Source of the DNA: Clostridiaceae bacterium
GTDB lineage: Bacteria; Bacillota; Clostridia; Acetivibrionales; DUMC01
Length of the DNA: 64,000 nt
Reading direction: 5' to 3'
NCBI GenBank assembly: GCA_012840075.1
Contig: DUMC01000178.1
Location: 95,326 to 159,325, forward strand
The notes below the pieces were generated by a model that made no database searches, was not told where the DNA came from, and worked only from the letters and a program-made list of their open reading frames with translations. Of this stretch, positions 30,425 through 39,066 are shown piece after piece. Both the position numbers and the translations under genes were made by a program. Numbering within the stretch: the stretch's first letter is position 1; each line of letters opens with the position of its first letter.

Positions 30425-30906
30425 CTATGACGGTTAATATAGGAATGGCAGAACTTAAAGCATTAAATCATCCTGGAATTCTCATTACACTTGGATTGGG
30501 TTCTTGTGTGGGCGTAGCATTGTACGACAGAAAAACTAAAGTTATAGGGCTGGCACATATAATGCTGCCATCGAGTGCAAATGTAAAAAAAATAGACAAC
30601 GAGGCGAAATTTGCCGATACAGCGATAGTAAAGTTGTTAAATGACATGTATAAGCTTGGTGCCAGTAAAGAAAATATTGTGGCTAAACTTGCCGGAGGTG
30701 CCCAGATGTTTACACTTAATAATAATTCTGATATTATAAGAATTGGTGAAAGAAATATACAAGCTGCTAAAGAAAAACTGGCTGAATTAGGGATAGATGT
30801 TGTTGCTGAAGATACAGGAGGAAATTTCGGTAGAACAATAGAGTTTTATTCTGATGACGGAAGTCTTAAGATAAAAAGATTGGGATATGGGATAAAAATA
30901 ATTTGA
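30421..30906 (+). CDS. cheD: chemoreceptor glutamine deamidase CheD
   Basis: 161 aa. GLGSCVGVALYD with catalytic Cys context. 4-nt overlap with cheC. Confidence 0.92.
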   Translation: MTMTVNIGMAELKALNHPGILITLGLGSCVGVALYDRKTKVIGLAHIMLPSSANVKKIDNEAKFADTAIVKLLNDMYKLGASKENIVAKLAGGAQMFTLNNNSDIIRIGERNIQAAKEKLAELGIDVVAEDTGGNFGRTIEFYSDDGSLKIKRLGYGIKII

Positions 30907-30925
30907 ACTGGAGGAAGTATGTTGT

Positions 30926-31246
30926 ATGGAGTATTTGAAACGGTTCCCATATATGTTGGCTATTTTTATGAGTTTATTGGTAGGAATTATCAGCTATATT
31001 TCTAATATTGAAAAAAATGAAATTTATACAAGAATGATAGCGTGTATAATAGTATTTTATTTCATTGGTTTGTTTATCAGGTATTTTGTTTGTAGTTTGC
31101 AAAAAGATATACAAATAAAAGTACAGGATGAAAAAACAAATAATAAAAGTAACATCCGAAAAAGTGGAGATATTAATACTTCAAAAGAAAACGATGAAAA
31201 CGAATGGACAAATTTACACGAGACGGTAGAAAAAGTAGGTGAATAG
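30926..31246 (+). CDS. small membrane protein, function unknown
   Basis: 106 aa. Two predicted TM helices, then a charged tail. Tightly packed between cheD and sigD. Confidence 0.6.
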   Translation: MEYLKRFPYMLAIFMSLLVGIISYISNIEKNEIYTRMIACIIVFYFIGLFIRYFVCSLQKDIQIKVQDEKTNNKSNIRKSGDINTSKENDENEWTNLHETVEKVGE

Positions 31247-31248
31247 CA

Positions 31249-32007
31249 ATGACTACTTTAGAAGAACAAAGCAGGCTTTGGAAGATTTACGCGGAAACAA
31301 AAGATCCAAAGATACGGGAAAAATTAATACTTGAGTACTTGCATTTGGTAAAATACATAGCAGGTAGAATGAATATATATTTTGCATCAAATATTGAATA
31401 TGACGATCTCGTTAGTTTCGGAGTAATCGGTTTAATAGATGCTATAGACAAGTTTGATATAAATAAAGGAGTAAAATTCGAAACTTATGCTTCTTTGCGT
31501 ATTCGTGGTGCCATTATAGACAGCGTCAGAGAATTGGACTGGATACCTAGAACACTAAGGCAGAAAAATAAGGAACTTGAAAGGATATATAGTGAGTTGG
31601 AGATGGAAAACGGAAGAGCACCTACAGATGAAGAAGTGGCAGCCAGGATGAATCTTTCAGTAGAAGAGTATAATAAATTATTAAGCCAGGTAAACCTTGG
31701 AACATTAGTATCTTTAGAAGAATTTATAGAGCAAAATATACGGATTGAGAAAGATATAACATCAGATAACAGTAAAGATTCCCCCGAATACAATTTGGAA
31801 CAGTTAGAATTAAGGGACATTTTAGGAGAATCCATCGATAAGCTACCGGAAAAAGAGAAATTAGTTGTAAGCTTGTATTATTATGAAGAACTGACATTAA
31901 AAGAAATCAGCTTAATTATGAAAGTATCTGAATCCAGGGTGTCACAACTTCATACAAAAGCAATAATGAGACTAAAAGACAGGCTGACCAAATACATGCA
32001 TAAATAG
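31249..32007 (+). CDS. sigD: flagellar RNA polymerase sigma factor SigD/FliA (sigma-28)
   Basis: 252 aa. Region 2 (DDLVSFGVIGLIDAIDKFD) and region 4.2 HTH (LTLKEISLIMKVSESRVSQLHTKAIMRLK). Confidence 0.93.
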   Translation: MTTLEEQSRLWKIYAETKDPKIREKLILEYLHLVKYIAGRMNIYFASNIEYDDLVSFGVIGLIDAIDKFDINKGVKFETYASLRIRGAIIDSVRELDWIPRTLRQKNKELERIYSELEMENGRAPTDEEVAARMNLSVEEYNKLLSQVNLGTLVSLEEFIEQNIRIEKDITSDNSKDSPEYNLEQLELRDILGESIDKLPEKEKLVVSLYYYEELTLKEISLIMKVSESRVSQLHTKAIMRLKDRLTKYMHK

Positions 32008-32024
32008 AAAGGAGGAGAACGGTT

Positions 32025-33401
32025 TTGAAAGATAATCAAATATCAGTCACGATTTCACCTGATAAGATGAGTGCTTATTTAAATATATCTAAACCTGAAA
32101 ATGAACAAGGCTACACAGTGGAAGAGATTTTAGAGGTATTGCACCAAAACGGAGTAAAATATGGTATTGACCTGAGAACATTGGAATTAATCATAGATAA
32201 AAAGTTTTATAATCAAACCATCAAGATTGCCGAAGGAAAATTTCCTACAAATGGTAAAGATGGGAGGATTGAATATTATTTTGATCTTAAAGTGGACTAT
32301 AAACCGACAATATTGCCTGACGGTAGGGTTGATTATAGAAATTTAAATTTAATAAAAAGCGTAAAAAAAGGTGACAAATTATGTACAGTAATTCCTCCTG
32401 TCCCAGGGATAGAAGGAATAAATGTAATGGGAAATCCTGTACCGCCTAAGAAAGGCAAACCTGCAAAATTACCGATGGGAAAGAATGTAGTGGTTTCGGA
32501 AGACGGTAGTACCCTTATAGCCGGTATAGATGGGCATTTAAGCTTTGATGAACAAAAAATTAGTGTTTTCCCTACTTATGAAGTATCCGGTAATGTAGAT
32601 AATTCCACAGGAAATATTGATTTTATAGGCAATATCGTTATACGTGGAAATGTTTTGTCGGGATTTTCCGTCAAAGCCGGAGGAAATATTGAAATATGGG
32701 GTGTTGTTGAAGCAGCTACAATAGAAGCCGAAGGAGATATAATAATTCGAAGAGGAATACTTGGCAACAATAAAGCTATTATAAAAAGTAAAGGAAATAT
32801 TTTTACACGTTTCATAGAAAGAAGCGATATAGAAGCAGCAAATGATATAAGAGCGGAAGCTATAATGCATAGTACTGTTAAATGCGGAGGTAGTTTAATA
32901 CTTGAAGGCAGGAAAGGCCTTCTTGTGGGAGGAAAAAGTATCGTAGGAAAAGAGCTTGTAGCAAAAGTCATAGGGTCACAAATGGACTCAACTACCATAA
33001 TTGAAGTCGGTGTTGACTATGAATTGAAAGAGCAACTAAAGAAGGTTAAAGAAGAGATAGAAGAAGTAATGGCAGGAATTAATAAAGCTAATCAGATAAT
33101 ATCCCTTTTAACAAGGCTTAGTAAAAACAGTGAGTTGCCTAATGAAAAAAAAGAATTGCTTGAAAAAAGTATGAAAACTAAAGAATTCTACGAAAAAAAA
33201 CTTGAAGAACTCAATAAAATTTACGAAGAATCAGAACAACTGCTTTGTAGTGAAAACGGCAGCAAAATACGGTGTTCAGGAACAATTTATTCAGGTGTAA
33301 GAATCACTATCAGTGCAGCTACCATGTATGTAAAAGAAGAATTGCAGTTTTGCATTCTGACCAGTGACGGGCTTGATGTAAAAATTTCACCTTTCAGATA
33401 A
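32025..33401 (+). CDS. FapA/DUF342-family protein
   Basis: 458 aa, TTG start. Beta-helix-like repeats GNIDFIGNIVIRGNVLSGFSVKAGGNIEIWG, then a C-terminal coiled coil, as in DUF342 (FapA) proteins. Confidence 0.8.
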   Translation: MKDNQISVTISPDKMSAYLNISKPENEQGYTVEEILEVLHQNGVKYGIDLRTLELIIDKKFYNQTIKIAEGKFPTNGKDGRIEYYFDLKVDYKPTILPDGRVDYRNLNLIKSVKKGDKLCTVIPPVPGIEGINVMGNPVPPKKGKPAKLPMGKNVVVSEDGSTLIAGIDGHLSFDEQKISVFPTYEVSGNVDNSTGNIDFIGNIVIRGNVLSGFSVKAGGNIEIWGVVEAATIEAEGDIIIRRGILGNNKAIIKSKGNIFTRFIERSDIEAANDIRAEAIMHSTVKCGGSLILEGRKGLLVGGKSIVGKELVAKVIGSQMDSTTIIEVGVDYELKEQLKKVKEEIEEVMAGINKANQIISLLTRLSKNSELPNEKKELLEKSMKTKEFYEKKLEELNKIYEESEQLLCSENGSKIRCSGTIYSGVRITISAATMYVKEELQFCILTSDGLDVKISPFR

Positions 33402-33423
33402 ACGAGGTCAGGCTTGAATTATT
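33398..33423 (+). repeat. copy of dispersed element (ATAAACGAGGTCAGGCTTGAATTATT)
   Basis: Matches the GGTCAGGYTTGAATTAT core seen at 39045-39066 (-), 55748-55777 and 59867-59896. It overlaps the TAA stop (33399-33401) of the FapA-like gene. Confidence 0.75.
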
Positions 33424-33464
33424 TTGTTATTGATAAAAATCAGCGAAAAGAGGTGTTTTTTTTA

Positions 33465-33806
33465 ATGTCAATCAGACCTATAGACTATCAGGTAATGATG
33501 CCAAAGACCTCAGAAGTATCAAAAATTAATAATGAGATATTGCAAAAGGGACAGATTATACATCAGCAAGAAAATGTATTCACTCAGAAGCAAATAGACA
33601 GGAATTTAAGGCAGGTTAATGAGAAGCAAGAGTTGTATAAAGTAGTGGCAGATCAGAAAGGAAACAAAAATACATACAGTAATAGGGATGATATAAAGGG
33701 AAAAGATAAGAAAACAACTTCAGAGAATAAAAGCAGTAAAGATGAAGCTAAAAATACAACTAAGGAAACCGGTGTATTAAAAAACAGGATAGATATAAGG
33801 ATATAA
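33465..33806 (+). CDS. hypothetical K/Q/N-rich protein
   Basis: The ORF opens at 33414, but ATG 33465 follows SD GAGGTG. 113 aa with no recognisable motif. Confidence 0.55.
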   Translation: MSIRPIDYQVMMPKTSEVSKINNEILQKGQIIHQQENVFTQKQIDRNLRQVNEKQELYKVVADQKGNKNTYSNRDDIKGKDKKTTSENKSSKDEAKNTTKETGVLKNRIDIRI

Positions 33807-33829
33807 TAAGGTTAATGAGGTGATTTTTT

Positions 33830-34396
33830 TTGGAAGAGTTTTACGTTGCTGTATTGGCTATGGGACTGTTATTAGTAGTAATAGCAATAGTATTAATAAT
33901 AATTGATAAAATAAACTATAAAAAAGATATTGAATTCATCAAGGAAAAAGAAACGTCTTTAAATGAAATTGTTTCTGATGCTGAATACTTAATTGAAGAA
34001 TTAGGGAAATTGTGCGATTCGATATCAGATCAGATTAACAGTAAAAAATCCGAATTGGATACATACGCAGACAATTTATTTAAACAACTGGAACTTAAAA
34101 CAAATAATATGTCCAGGCAGTTGGAATTACAAATAAATCGAATTAATAATGATAAAAAGAATATAAAATTAAGAAAAAGAACAAGCGTTAAACGATATAT
34201 TATTAAAGATGATGTAAATAAAGATATTAAAGAAAAAGAAAATAGTCAGAAAAAAATAAAAATAAATGACAAATACAAAAAAGTTGTAGAACTTTTAAAC
34301 AACGGAATGAGCGAAGCTGATATAGCGTGCACTCTTAACATAAGCAGAGGGGAAGTACAGATGGTATCAAGATTTATGGAAAGGATTGAAACATGA
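33830..34396 (+). CDS. membrane-anchored coiled-coil protein with C-terminal HTH-like segment
   Basis: 188 aa, TTG start after SD GAGGTGA. N-terminal TM (VAVLAMGLLLVVIAIVLIII). C-terminal LNNGMSEADIACTLNISRGEVQMVSRF. Last gene before the tRNA. Confidence 0.6.
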   Translation: MEEFYVAVLAMGLLLVVIAIVLIIIDKINYKKDIEFIKEKETSLNEIVSDAEYLIEELGKLCDSISDQINSKKSELDTYADNLFKQLELKTNNMSRQLELQINRINNDKKNIKLRKRTSVKRYIIKDDVNKDIKEKENSQKKIKINDKYKKVVELLNNGMSEADIACTLNISRGEVQMVSRFMERIET

Positions 34397-34413
34397 GATT
34401 GTAAAAAAACTTA

Positions 34414-34443
34414 TTGACAAATTGTAAAGTTCTGATATATAAT
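34414..34443 (+). promoter_or_regulatory. consensus sigma-A promoter for tRNA-Leu
   Basis: TTGACA (34414-34419), 18-nt spacer, TATAAT (34438-34443). It lies about 50 nt upstream of the tRNA. Confidence 0.6.
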
Positions 34444-34492
34444 AGTTTTTGCACAAGTAAGTGAATGAATTATACAGGGATATAGGTTACAT

Positions 34493-34579
34493 GCCGAAGT
34501 GGTGGAATTGGCAGACGCACTGGACTCAAAATCCAGCGGTAGCAATACCATGTGGGTTCAAATCCCACCTTCGGCACCA
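34493..34579 (+). tRNA. tRNA-Leu (anticodon CAA), CCA encoded
   Basis: Acceptor stem GCCGAAG/CTTCGGC. Anticodon arm CTGGA-CTCAAAA-TCCAG. Long variable arm. T-arm GTGGG-TTCAAAT-CCCAC. Discriminator A + CCA. Confidence 0.95.
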
Positions 34580-34616
34580 AGACTTCCGAGATTTTGTCGG
34601 AAGTCTTTTATTTTTC
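34580..34616 (+). terminator. Rho-independent terminator after tRNA-Leu
   Basis: Perfect 11-bp stem AAGACTTCCGA / TCGGAAGTCTT (34579-34589 / 34597-34607), followed by TTATTTTT. Confidence 0.8.
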
Positions 34617-34877
34617 GCATGAGGGGCATTTTTGACATAAAATCCTAATAAGGTGGTCTTTAAGGGTAGTTTTTTCGGAAGTGTCCTAATTTTTCGTGCT
34701 ATTCGCATTATCTTCAATCTATTTATAAATATGTCCATTAATAGAAGCGATATTAAAGACGGAATTTCATACGCTCGGCATTTTTTAAAAATGGATTATG
34801 AGTACTGCAAGGAGTCCGAGGCCTTCAATTTTCATATAACTTAACAAAACGATAATTTTTCAAGGGAGGAAGCAGAA

Positions 34878-36185
34878 TTGAAAAAGAAATTATTTTGTGT
34901 GTTTCTTACGCTTTGCTTAGTGCTCGGTCTGCTGCCTGTAACTGCACTGGCGGAGGAAGGGGAAAGCTCTTCTGGCTATGACTACATATACTGGGAATTT
35001 GAAAAAGGCAATCTCGTTAAAAAAGAGGGGAACGTAGACAATACAACTGAAGTGACTTCAAGTTCAGATAAAACATCTTGGTATAACGGCTGGTATATGT
35101 TAAAAGGAAAAGGTGGTTATAACAGTGGTGGCGGGATCGTACACATCTACGGCGGCACAGTTACCGTAATGGGCAGTGATGGCGGCGCTGGAATCGGCGG
35201 CGGAAATGGTAGTTATACCCTACCCTCCCCTGTCAGCGAAATTAAAAGCGGTGAAAGTGTCTACAAGTCAAACCTCGACCAACTCGTTTTCAGCGGGAAG
35301 AACCTGACGGTAACCGGCGACAACTGCGCAAAGCTGGTGTTCGATACTGAAGCTCTGAAATGTATAGCCGGACAAACGTCAGACCCTATCAAAGTGGAAA
35401 TTGAAGATGTTTCCGCTGAGTACCAGAATAGCCATCCGGACAAAAAAGTGTTCTATTTAACCGTTTCCTCTTGCAATAAGACCATTACCAATTTTAACGG
35501 TAAAGTCACCGTTATTCTCCCTTATGAATTGAATGAGGGAGAAAACGAGGAAAACGTAACAGTCTGGTATCTGACAAACAGCGGTATCCTGATTGAACTT
35601 CCCTGCAAATATGACCCTGAAACAAAGCTTATAACATTTGAAGTCACTCACTTCTCGCTTTATATGATAGGTATCGACACCTGGACCAATCCTTTCGTTG
35701 ATGTAAACGAAAATGATTTGTTCTATGAAAACGTGAAGTTTGCAAAACAAAACAACCTTTTTGTCGGCACAAGCAACACCAATTTCTCCCCTGAAAGTCC
35801 CATGACTCGCGAAATGCTCTGGACAGTGATTGGCCGTGTGGACGGCGGAGAAAAACTCTATGGCGACGGTGTATTCGAAGCGGCACGCGAATGGGCCATG
35901 AGCGCCGGCATCACGGATGGGACCAATCCGAAAAGCAACATTACCCGTGAGCAGATAGTCACCATTCTGTGGCGGTATGCAGGAAAGCCAGAAGCTAACG
36001 GCGATTTGAGTGAATTCTCGGATGCAGAAAGCGTATCGGACTACGCATGCGACGCTATGGTCTGGGCCGTGGAAAACGGCATTATACATGGCAACGACAA
36101 TGGTATGCTTATGCCACAGGATAACGCCACACGAGCGGAATTTGCCGCTATTATGCAAAGGTTTATCGAAGCAACTGTTAAATAA
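34878..36185 (+). CDS. secreted surface protein with three C-terminal SLH domains
   Basis: 435 aa. Signal peptide MKKKLFCVFLTLCLVLGLLPVTALA. Gly-rich GGIVHIYGGTVTVMGSDGGAGIGGGNG. Three SLH-like repeats from about residue 268 (FVDVNENDLFYENVKFA..., ...AREWAMSAGITDG..., FSDAESVSDYACDAMVWAVENGIIHG). Visibly higher GC than its neighbours. Confidence 0.85.
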   Translation: MKKKLFCVFLTLCLVLGLLPVTALAEEGESSSGYDYIYWEFEKGNLVKKEGNVDNTTEVTSSSDKTSWYNGWYMLKGKGGYNSGGGIVHIYGGTVTVMGSDGGAGIGGGNGSYTLPSPVSEIKSGESVYKSNLDQLVFSGKNLTVTGDNCAKLVFDTEALKCIAGQTSDPIKVEIEDVSAEYQNSHPDKKVFYLTVSSCNKTITNFNGKVTVILPYELNEGENEENVTVWYLTNSGILIELPCKYDPETKLITFEVTHFSLYMIGIDTWTNPFVDVNENDLFYENVKFAKQNNLFVGTSNTNFSPESPMTREMLWTVIGRVDGGEKLYGDGVFEAAREWAMSAGITDGTNPKSNITREQIVTILWRYAGKPEANGDLSEFSDAESVSDYACDAMVWAVENGIIHGNDNGMLMPQDNATRAEFAAIMQRFIEATVK

Positions 36186-36201
36186 ACTATTTCTAAAGAT
36201 A

Positions 36202-36246
36202 AGGAAGCATCTCAATTGAGGTGCTTCCTCTCTATTGTTTATTTTG
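36202..36246 (+). terminator. probable terminator after the SLH gene
   Basis: Stem AGGAAGCATCTC / GAGGTGCTTCCT (one G-U pair), loop AATT, followed by a T-rich but interrupted tract. Confidence 0.5.
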
Positions 36247-36257
36247 CGTTCTGTTGA

Positions 36258-36491
36258 TTAGAAGCTAAAAGCAATGTTCAATTGATGATAGTACCATATT
36301 GTGAAACAATCTTCTTCCATAGGCATTATCTTAGGATATATACATCTGTTTCCAAAATACTCTTTCCTTAATACTTCACTCTTATTTCCAATTGCTACGG
36401 CAGCTCCGGGAAAATATTCATTTTTAATACCCTGTTCTATAAATTTCAGAGCATTGTTCAGTTTTATTTCATTAATGGGCACTTGATACAC
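36258..36491 (-). pseudogene. 5' remnant of a beta-lactamase-family serine hydrolase gene
   Basis: 77-codon ORF. KFIEQGIKNEYFPGAAVAIGNKSEVLRKEYFGNR...PMEED matches the N-terminus of class-C-like serine hydrolases. It ends just where the SxxK motif should begin, and it abuts the GC-rich islet. Confidence 0.55.
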
Positions 36492-36492
36492 C

Positions 36493-36575
36493 TCCTGTTA
36501 TTGTGATTCTGTTATTTGGATTGTCTTGTTTGCATCCTGTTGTTTGGATTCTGCTGTTTGTATCCTGTTAGCGGA
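36493..36575. repeat. about 3.5 imperfect tandem copies of a 28-nt unit (14-nt half-units)
   Basis: TCCTGTT/TTCTGTT occur at 36493, 36507, 36535 and 36563. Units 36507-36534 and 36535-36562 are 22/28 identical. On the - strand the motif reads AACAGGA and the last copy overlaps the SD of the hydrolase remnant. Confidence 0.7.
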
Positions 36576-36895
36576 AAATAATCCTTTTGATACATAAAAT
36601 TATGTGGATGATCAATTCAGGTTAACTTATAAATATATAATACTACTTGCGAAGATTTCCTTCAATCAGCAGGCAAGATATTGGTGCATTTAACAAATAT
36701 GAAGAAATTATGGAAAAACAATTTCTGCGTCTAATGGCTCACTTTAGCAACGTATTGTAATGCACTCGCAAGGTATTAGTGCATTTCATAATTATAAAAT
36801 AATGCATCCTAAATAAAACAATACAATTTATATATTTATTGCAGTATGGTAAAATAAATGTATGAAATGAGCAGTTAAAAACGGGAGTTGATAAC

Positions 36896-38197
36896 ATGAG
36901 AATGGTGAATCTAATCCAAAAAAAGAAGCGCGGAGAAATTCTAACAAAGGAAGAAATTGATTTTATTGTTCAAGGATACGTCAGAGATGAAATTCCGGAC
37001 TACCAGATCTCAGCATTTTTAATGGCTGTATATTTTAAAGGCATGACCAAAGAAGAAATTACAGATCTGACAATGTCATTTGTTAATTCAGGTGATACGG
37101 TAGATTTATCGAAGATATCGGGGATAAAAGTGGACAAGCATTCAACAGGCGGTGTAGGAGATAAGATATCATTAATAGCTGTTCCCTTGGTAGCATCCGT
37201 CGGTGTTCCAATAGTAAAAATGTCCGGCAGAGGCTTGGGGCATACCGGCGGTACAATAGACAAATTGGAATCAATCAAAGGTTTCAAAACAGAAATGAGC
37301 ATTGAAAAATTAATATCTAATGTAAATAAACACAAAATGGCTATTGTAAAACAAACTCAAAATTTAACACCTGCGGATAAGAAAATATACGCTTTGCGTG
37401 ATGTAACAGCAACAGTTGACAGTATACCGTTAATAGCAAGTTCAATAATGAGTAAGAAAATAGCAGCAGGTGCAGATAGAATAGTTCTTGATGTAAAAGT
37501 AGGTTCAGGAGCTTTTATGAAGACTGTCGATGAAGCCCGGGAACTTGCCAGAACTATGGTGGAAATAGGAAAACTTACAAACAGAAAAACCGTCGCTATT
37601 ATAACTAATATGAGCCAGCCTCTTGGTCGTGAGGTTGGAAATGCAAATGAAGTAAAGGAAGCCATAGAAGTTCTTAACGGGAACGGACCTGAAGATGTAA
37701 CTGTTATAGCTTTAACAATAGCATCATATATGGCGGTTTTGGGAGAAGCATTCAAAAATTTTGAAACAGCTTATGATGAATTAAACAAAATAATCAAATC
37801 CGGTAAAGCACTTGAAAAATTAAAAGAATTAGTTATGATACAGGGTGGAGATCCGGGTCTAATTGAAAAGCCTGAAAAACTTCCAAAAGCTGAAAGGCAT
37901 ATAGAAATAAAAGCTTCTCAAAAAGGATATATAAGTGAAATTAATGCTGAAAGCATTGGGGTATCAGCCATGCTGCTTGGAGCCGGAAGGCAGAAAAAAG
38001 ATGATGAGATTGACGCAGCAGCCGGAATAACCGTTACTAAAAAAGTCGGAGATGAAGTAAACCCAGGGGAGACAATATGCATTTTACATACTAACCTTAC
38101 CAATTATGAAGAAGCCGAAGTTATGGCCCGGAAAGCTTTTGTAATAAGCGATATCAAAGTCTCACCCGTCAAATATATATACGAAGTAATAGAATAG
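36896..38197 (+). CDS. pdp: pyrimidine-nucleoside phosphorylase
   Basis: 433 aa. [10 protein letters not shown] and [16 protein letters not shown] motifs. Confidence 0.95.
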   Translation: MRMVNLIQKKKRGEILTKEEIDFIVQGYVRDEIPDYQISAFLMAVYFKGMTKEEITDLTMSFVNSGDTVDLSKISGIKVDKHSTGGVGDKISLIAVPLVASVGVPIVKMSGRGLGHTGGTIDKLESIKGFKTEMSIEKLISNVNKHKMAIVKQTQNLTPADKKIYALRDVTATVDSIPLIASSIMSKKIAAGADRIVLDVKVGSGAFMKTVDEARELARTMVEIGKLTNRKTVAIITNMSQPLGREVGNANEVKEAIEVLNGNGPEDVTVIALTIASYMAVLGEAFKNFETAYDELNKIIKSGKALEKLKELVMIQGGDPGLIEKPEKLPKAERHIEIKASQKGYISEINAESIGVSAMLLGAGRQKKDDEIDAAAGITVTKKVGDEVNPGETICILHTNLTNYEEAEVMARKAFVISDIKVSPVKYIYEVIE

Positions 38198-38283
38198 AGC
38201 TTAATTTGATGAAAATGTTTTGTCAAATTAAGCGTAGCTATTTATGGAAATTGAAACAAAAGGAACAGAAAGGCGGATTCTTT

Positions 38284-38952
38284 ATGGAGTTTAACAGAAA
38301 GAATATAACAGCAATAATAGATCATACTCTTTTGAAAGCGGAAGCTACGGAAAAGGATATATTGAAATGCTGTGAGGATGCAAAAAAATATGGCTTTGCA
38401 TCAGTATGTATCCATCCATGTTACGTAAAATTAGCTGCTGAAGCATTAAAAGGTTCTCCTGTAAAGGTTGCAACTGTAATAGGATTTCCTCTGGGAGCCA
38501 ATCATTTTTCAGTTAAAGCTTTCGAAGCTGCAAAAGCTGTTGAGGACGGAGTAAATGAATTGGATATGGTAATAAATATAGGTGCACTTAAACAAAGAAG
38601 AGCAGAATATGTCGAAAATGATATCCGGGTTGTAGTAGAGGCTGCTAAAAGTGCAATAGTCAAGGTTATTTTGGAAACCTGCTATCTAACAAAAGAAGAG
38701 AAAATACTTGCTTGCGAATTATGTAAAAAGGCAGGAGCTCATTTTGTTAAAACTTCAACGGGATTTGCTTCAGCAGGTGCTACAGTTGAAGACGTAGCAT
38801 TGATGCGTAAAATTGTAGGTCAAGATATGGGGGTAAAAGCAGCAGGCGGAATAAGAACACTGGAAAGTTTAATAGCTATGGTAAAAGCAGGTGCAAATAG
38901 AATAGGAACCAGCTCAGGTATAAAAATAATTGAAGAGATTAAAGAAGGATAA
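38284..38952 (+). CDS. deoC: deoxyribose-phosphate aldolase
   Basis: The ORF opens at 38206, but [18 protein letters not shown] at 38284 is the canonical DeoC N-terminus. Schiff-base Lys context FVKTSTGF. Confidence 0.94.
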   Translation: MEFNRKNITAIIDHTLLKAEATEKDILKCCEDAKKYGFASVCIHPCYVKLAAEALKGSPVKVATVIGFPLGANHFSVKAFEAAKAVEDGVNELDMVINIGALKQRRAEYVENDIRVVVEAAKSAIVKVILETCYLTKEEKILACELCKKAGAHFVKTSTGFASAGATVEDVALMRKIVGQDMGVKAAGGIRTLESLIAMVKAGANRIGTSSGIKIIEEIKEG

Positions 38953-38964
38953 GTAGGATAAACT

Positions 38965-38977
38965 GCATAAATGGGGT
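38965..38977 (+). repeat. left arm GCATAAATGGGGT of a 13-bp inverted repeat (partial copy of the dispersed element)
   Basis: Perfect reverse complement of 39054-39066. It lies 13 nt after the deoC stop. Confidence 0.85.
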
Positions 38978-39044
38978 AATGCAACAATATCTTCTCTAAC
39001 TTAAAGCCAAAAGATGAATAACTTAAACTAAATCAGCGAATTTC

Positions 39045-39066
39045 TCAAACCTGACCCCATTTATGC
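39045..39066 (-). repeat. copy of dispersed element (GCATAAATGGGGTCAGGTTTGA on - strand)
   Basis: Shares GCATAAATGGGGTCAGG with 55714-55730 and GGTCAGGTTTGA with 59868-59879. It encodes the last residues HKWGQV and the TGA stop of spoVB. Confidence 0.8.

Noticed and set aside
34580-34877. Prophage or integrative element at tRNA-Leu, including the 63-aa ORF 34653..34844
   Set aside because: I found no integrase, recombinase, excisionase or phage gene, and no duplicate of the tRNA 3' end at the far side. The small ORF lacks an SD and any motif. Only a compositional islet is reported.
35457-36215. 252-aa ORF on the - strand (plus 35644..35886 and 36010..36219) inside the SLH gene
   Set aside because: It lies entirely antisense to or overlapping a well-supported signal-peptide + SLH coding frame. 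Long stop-free shadow frames are expected in the GC-richer islet. It has no SD and no recognisable motifs.
38206-38283. N-terminal extension of deoC ([26 protein letters not shown])
   Set aside because: It is not part of the DeoC fold. The canonical N-terminus begins at ATG 38284, which has its own purine-rich SD-like stretch. The extension starts 8 nt after the pdp stop with no SD.
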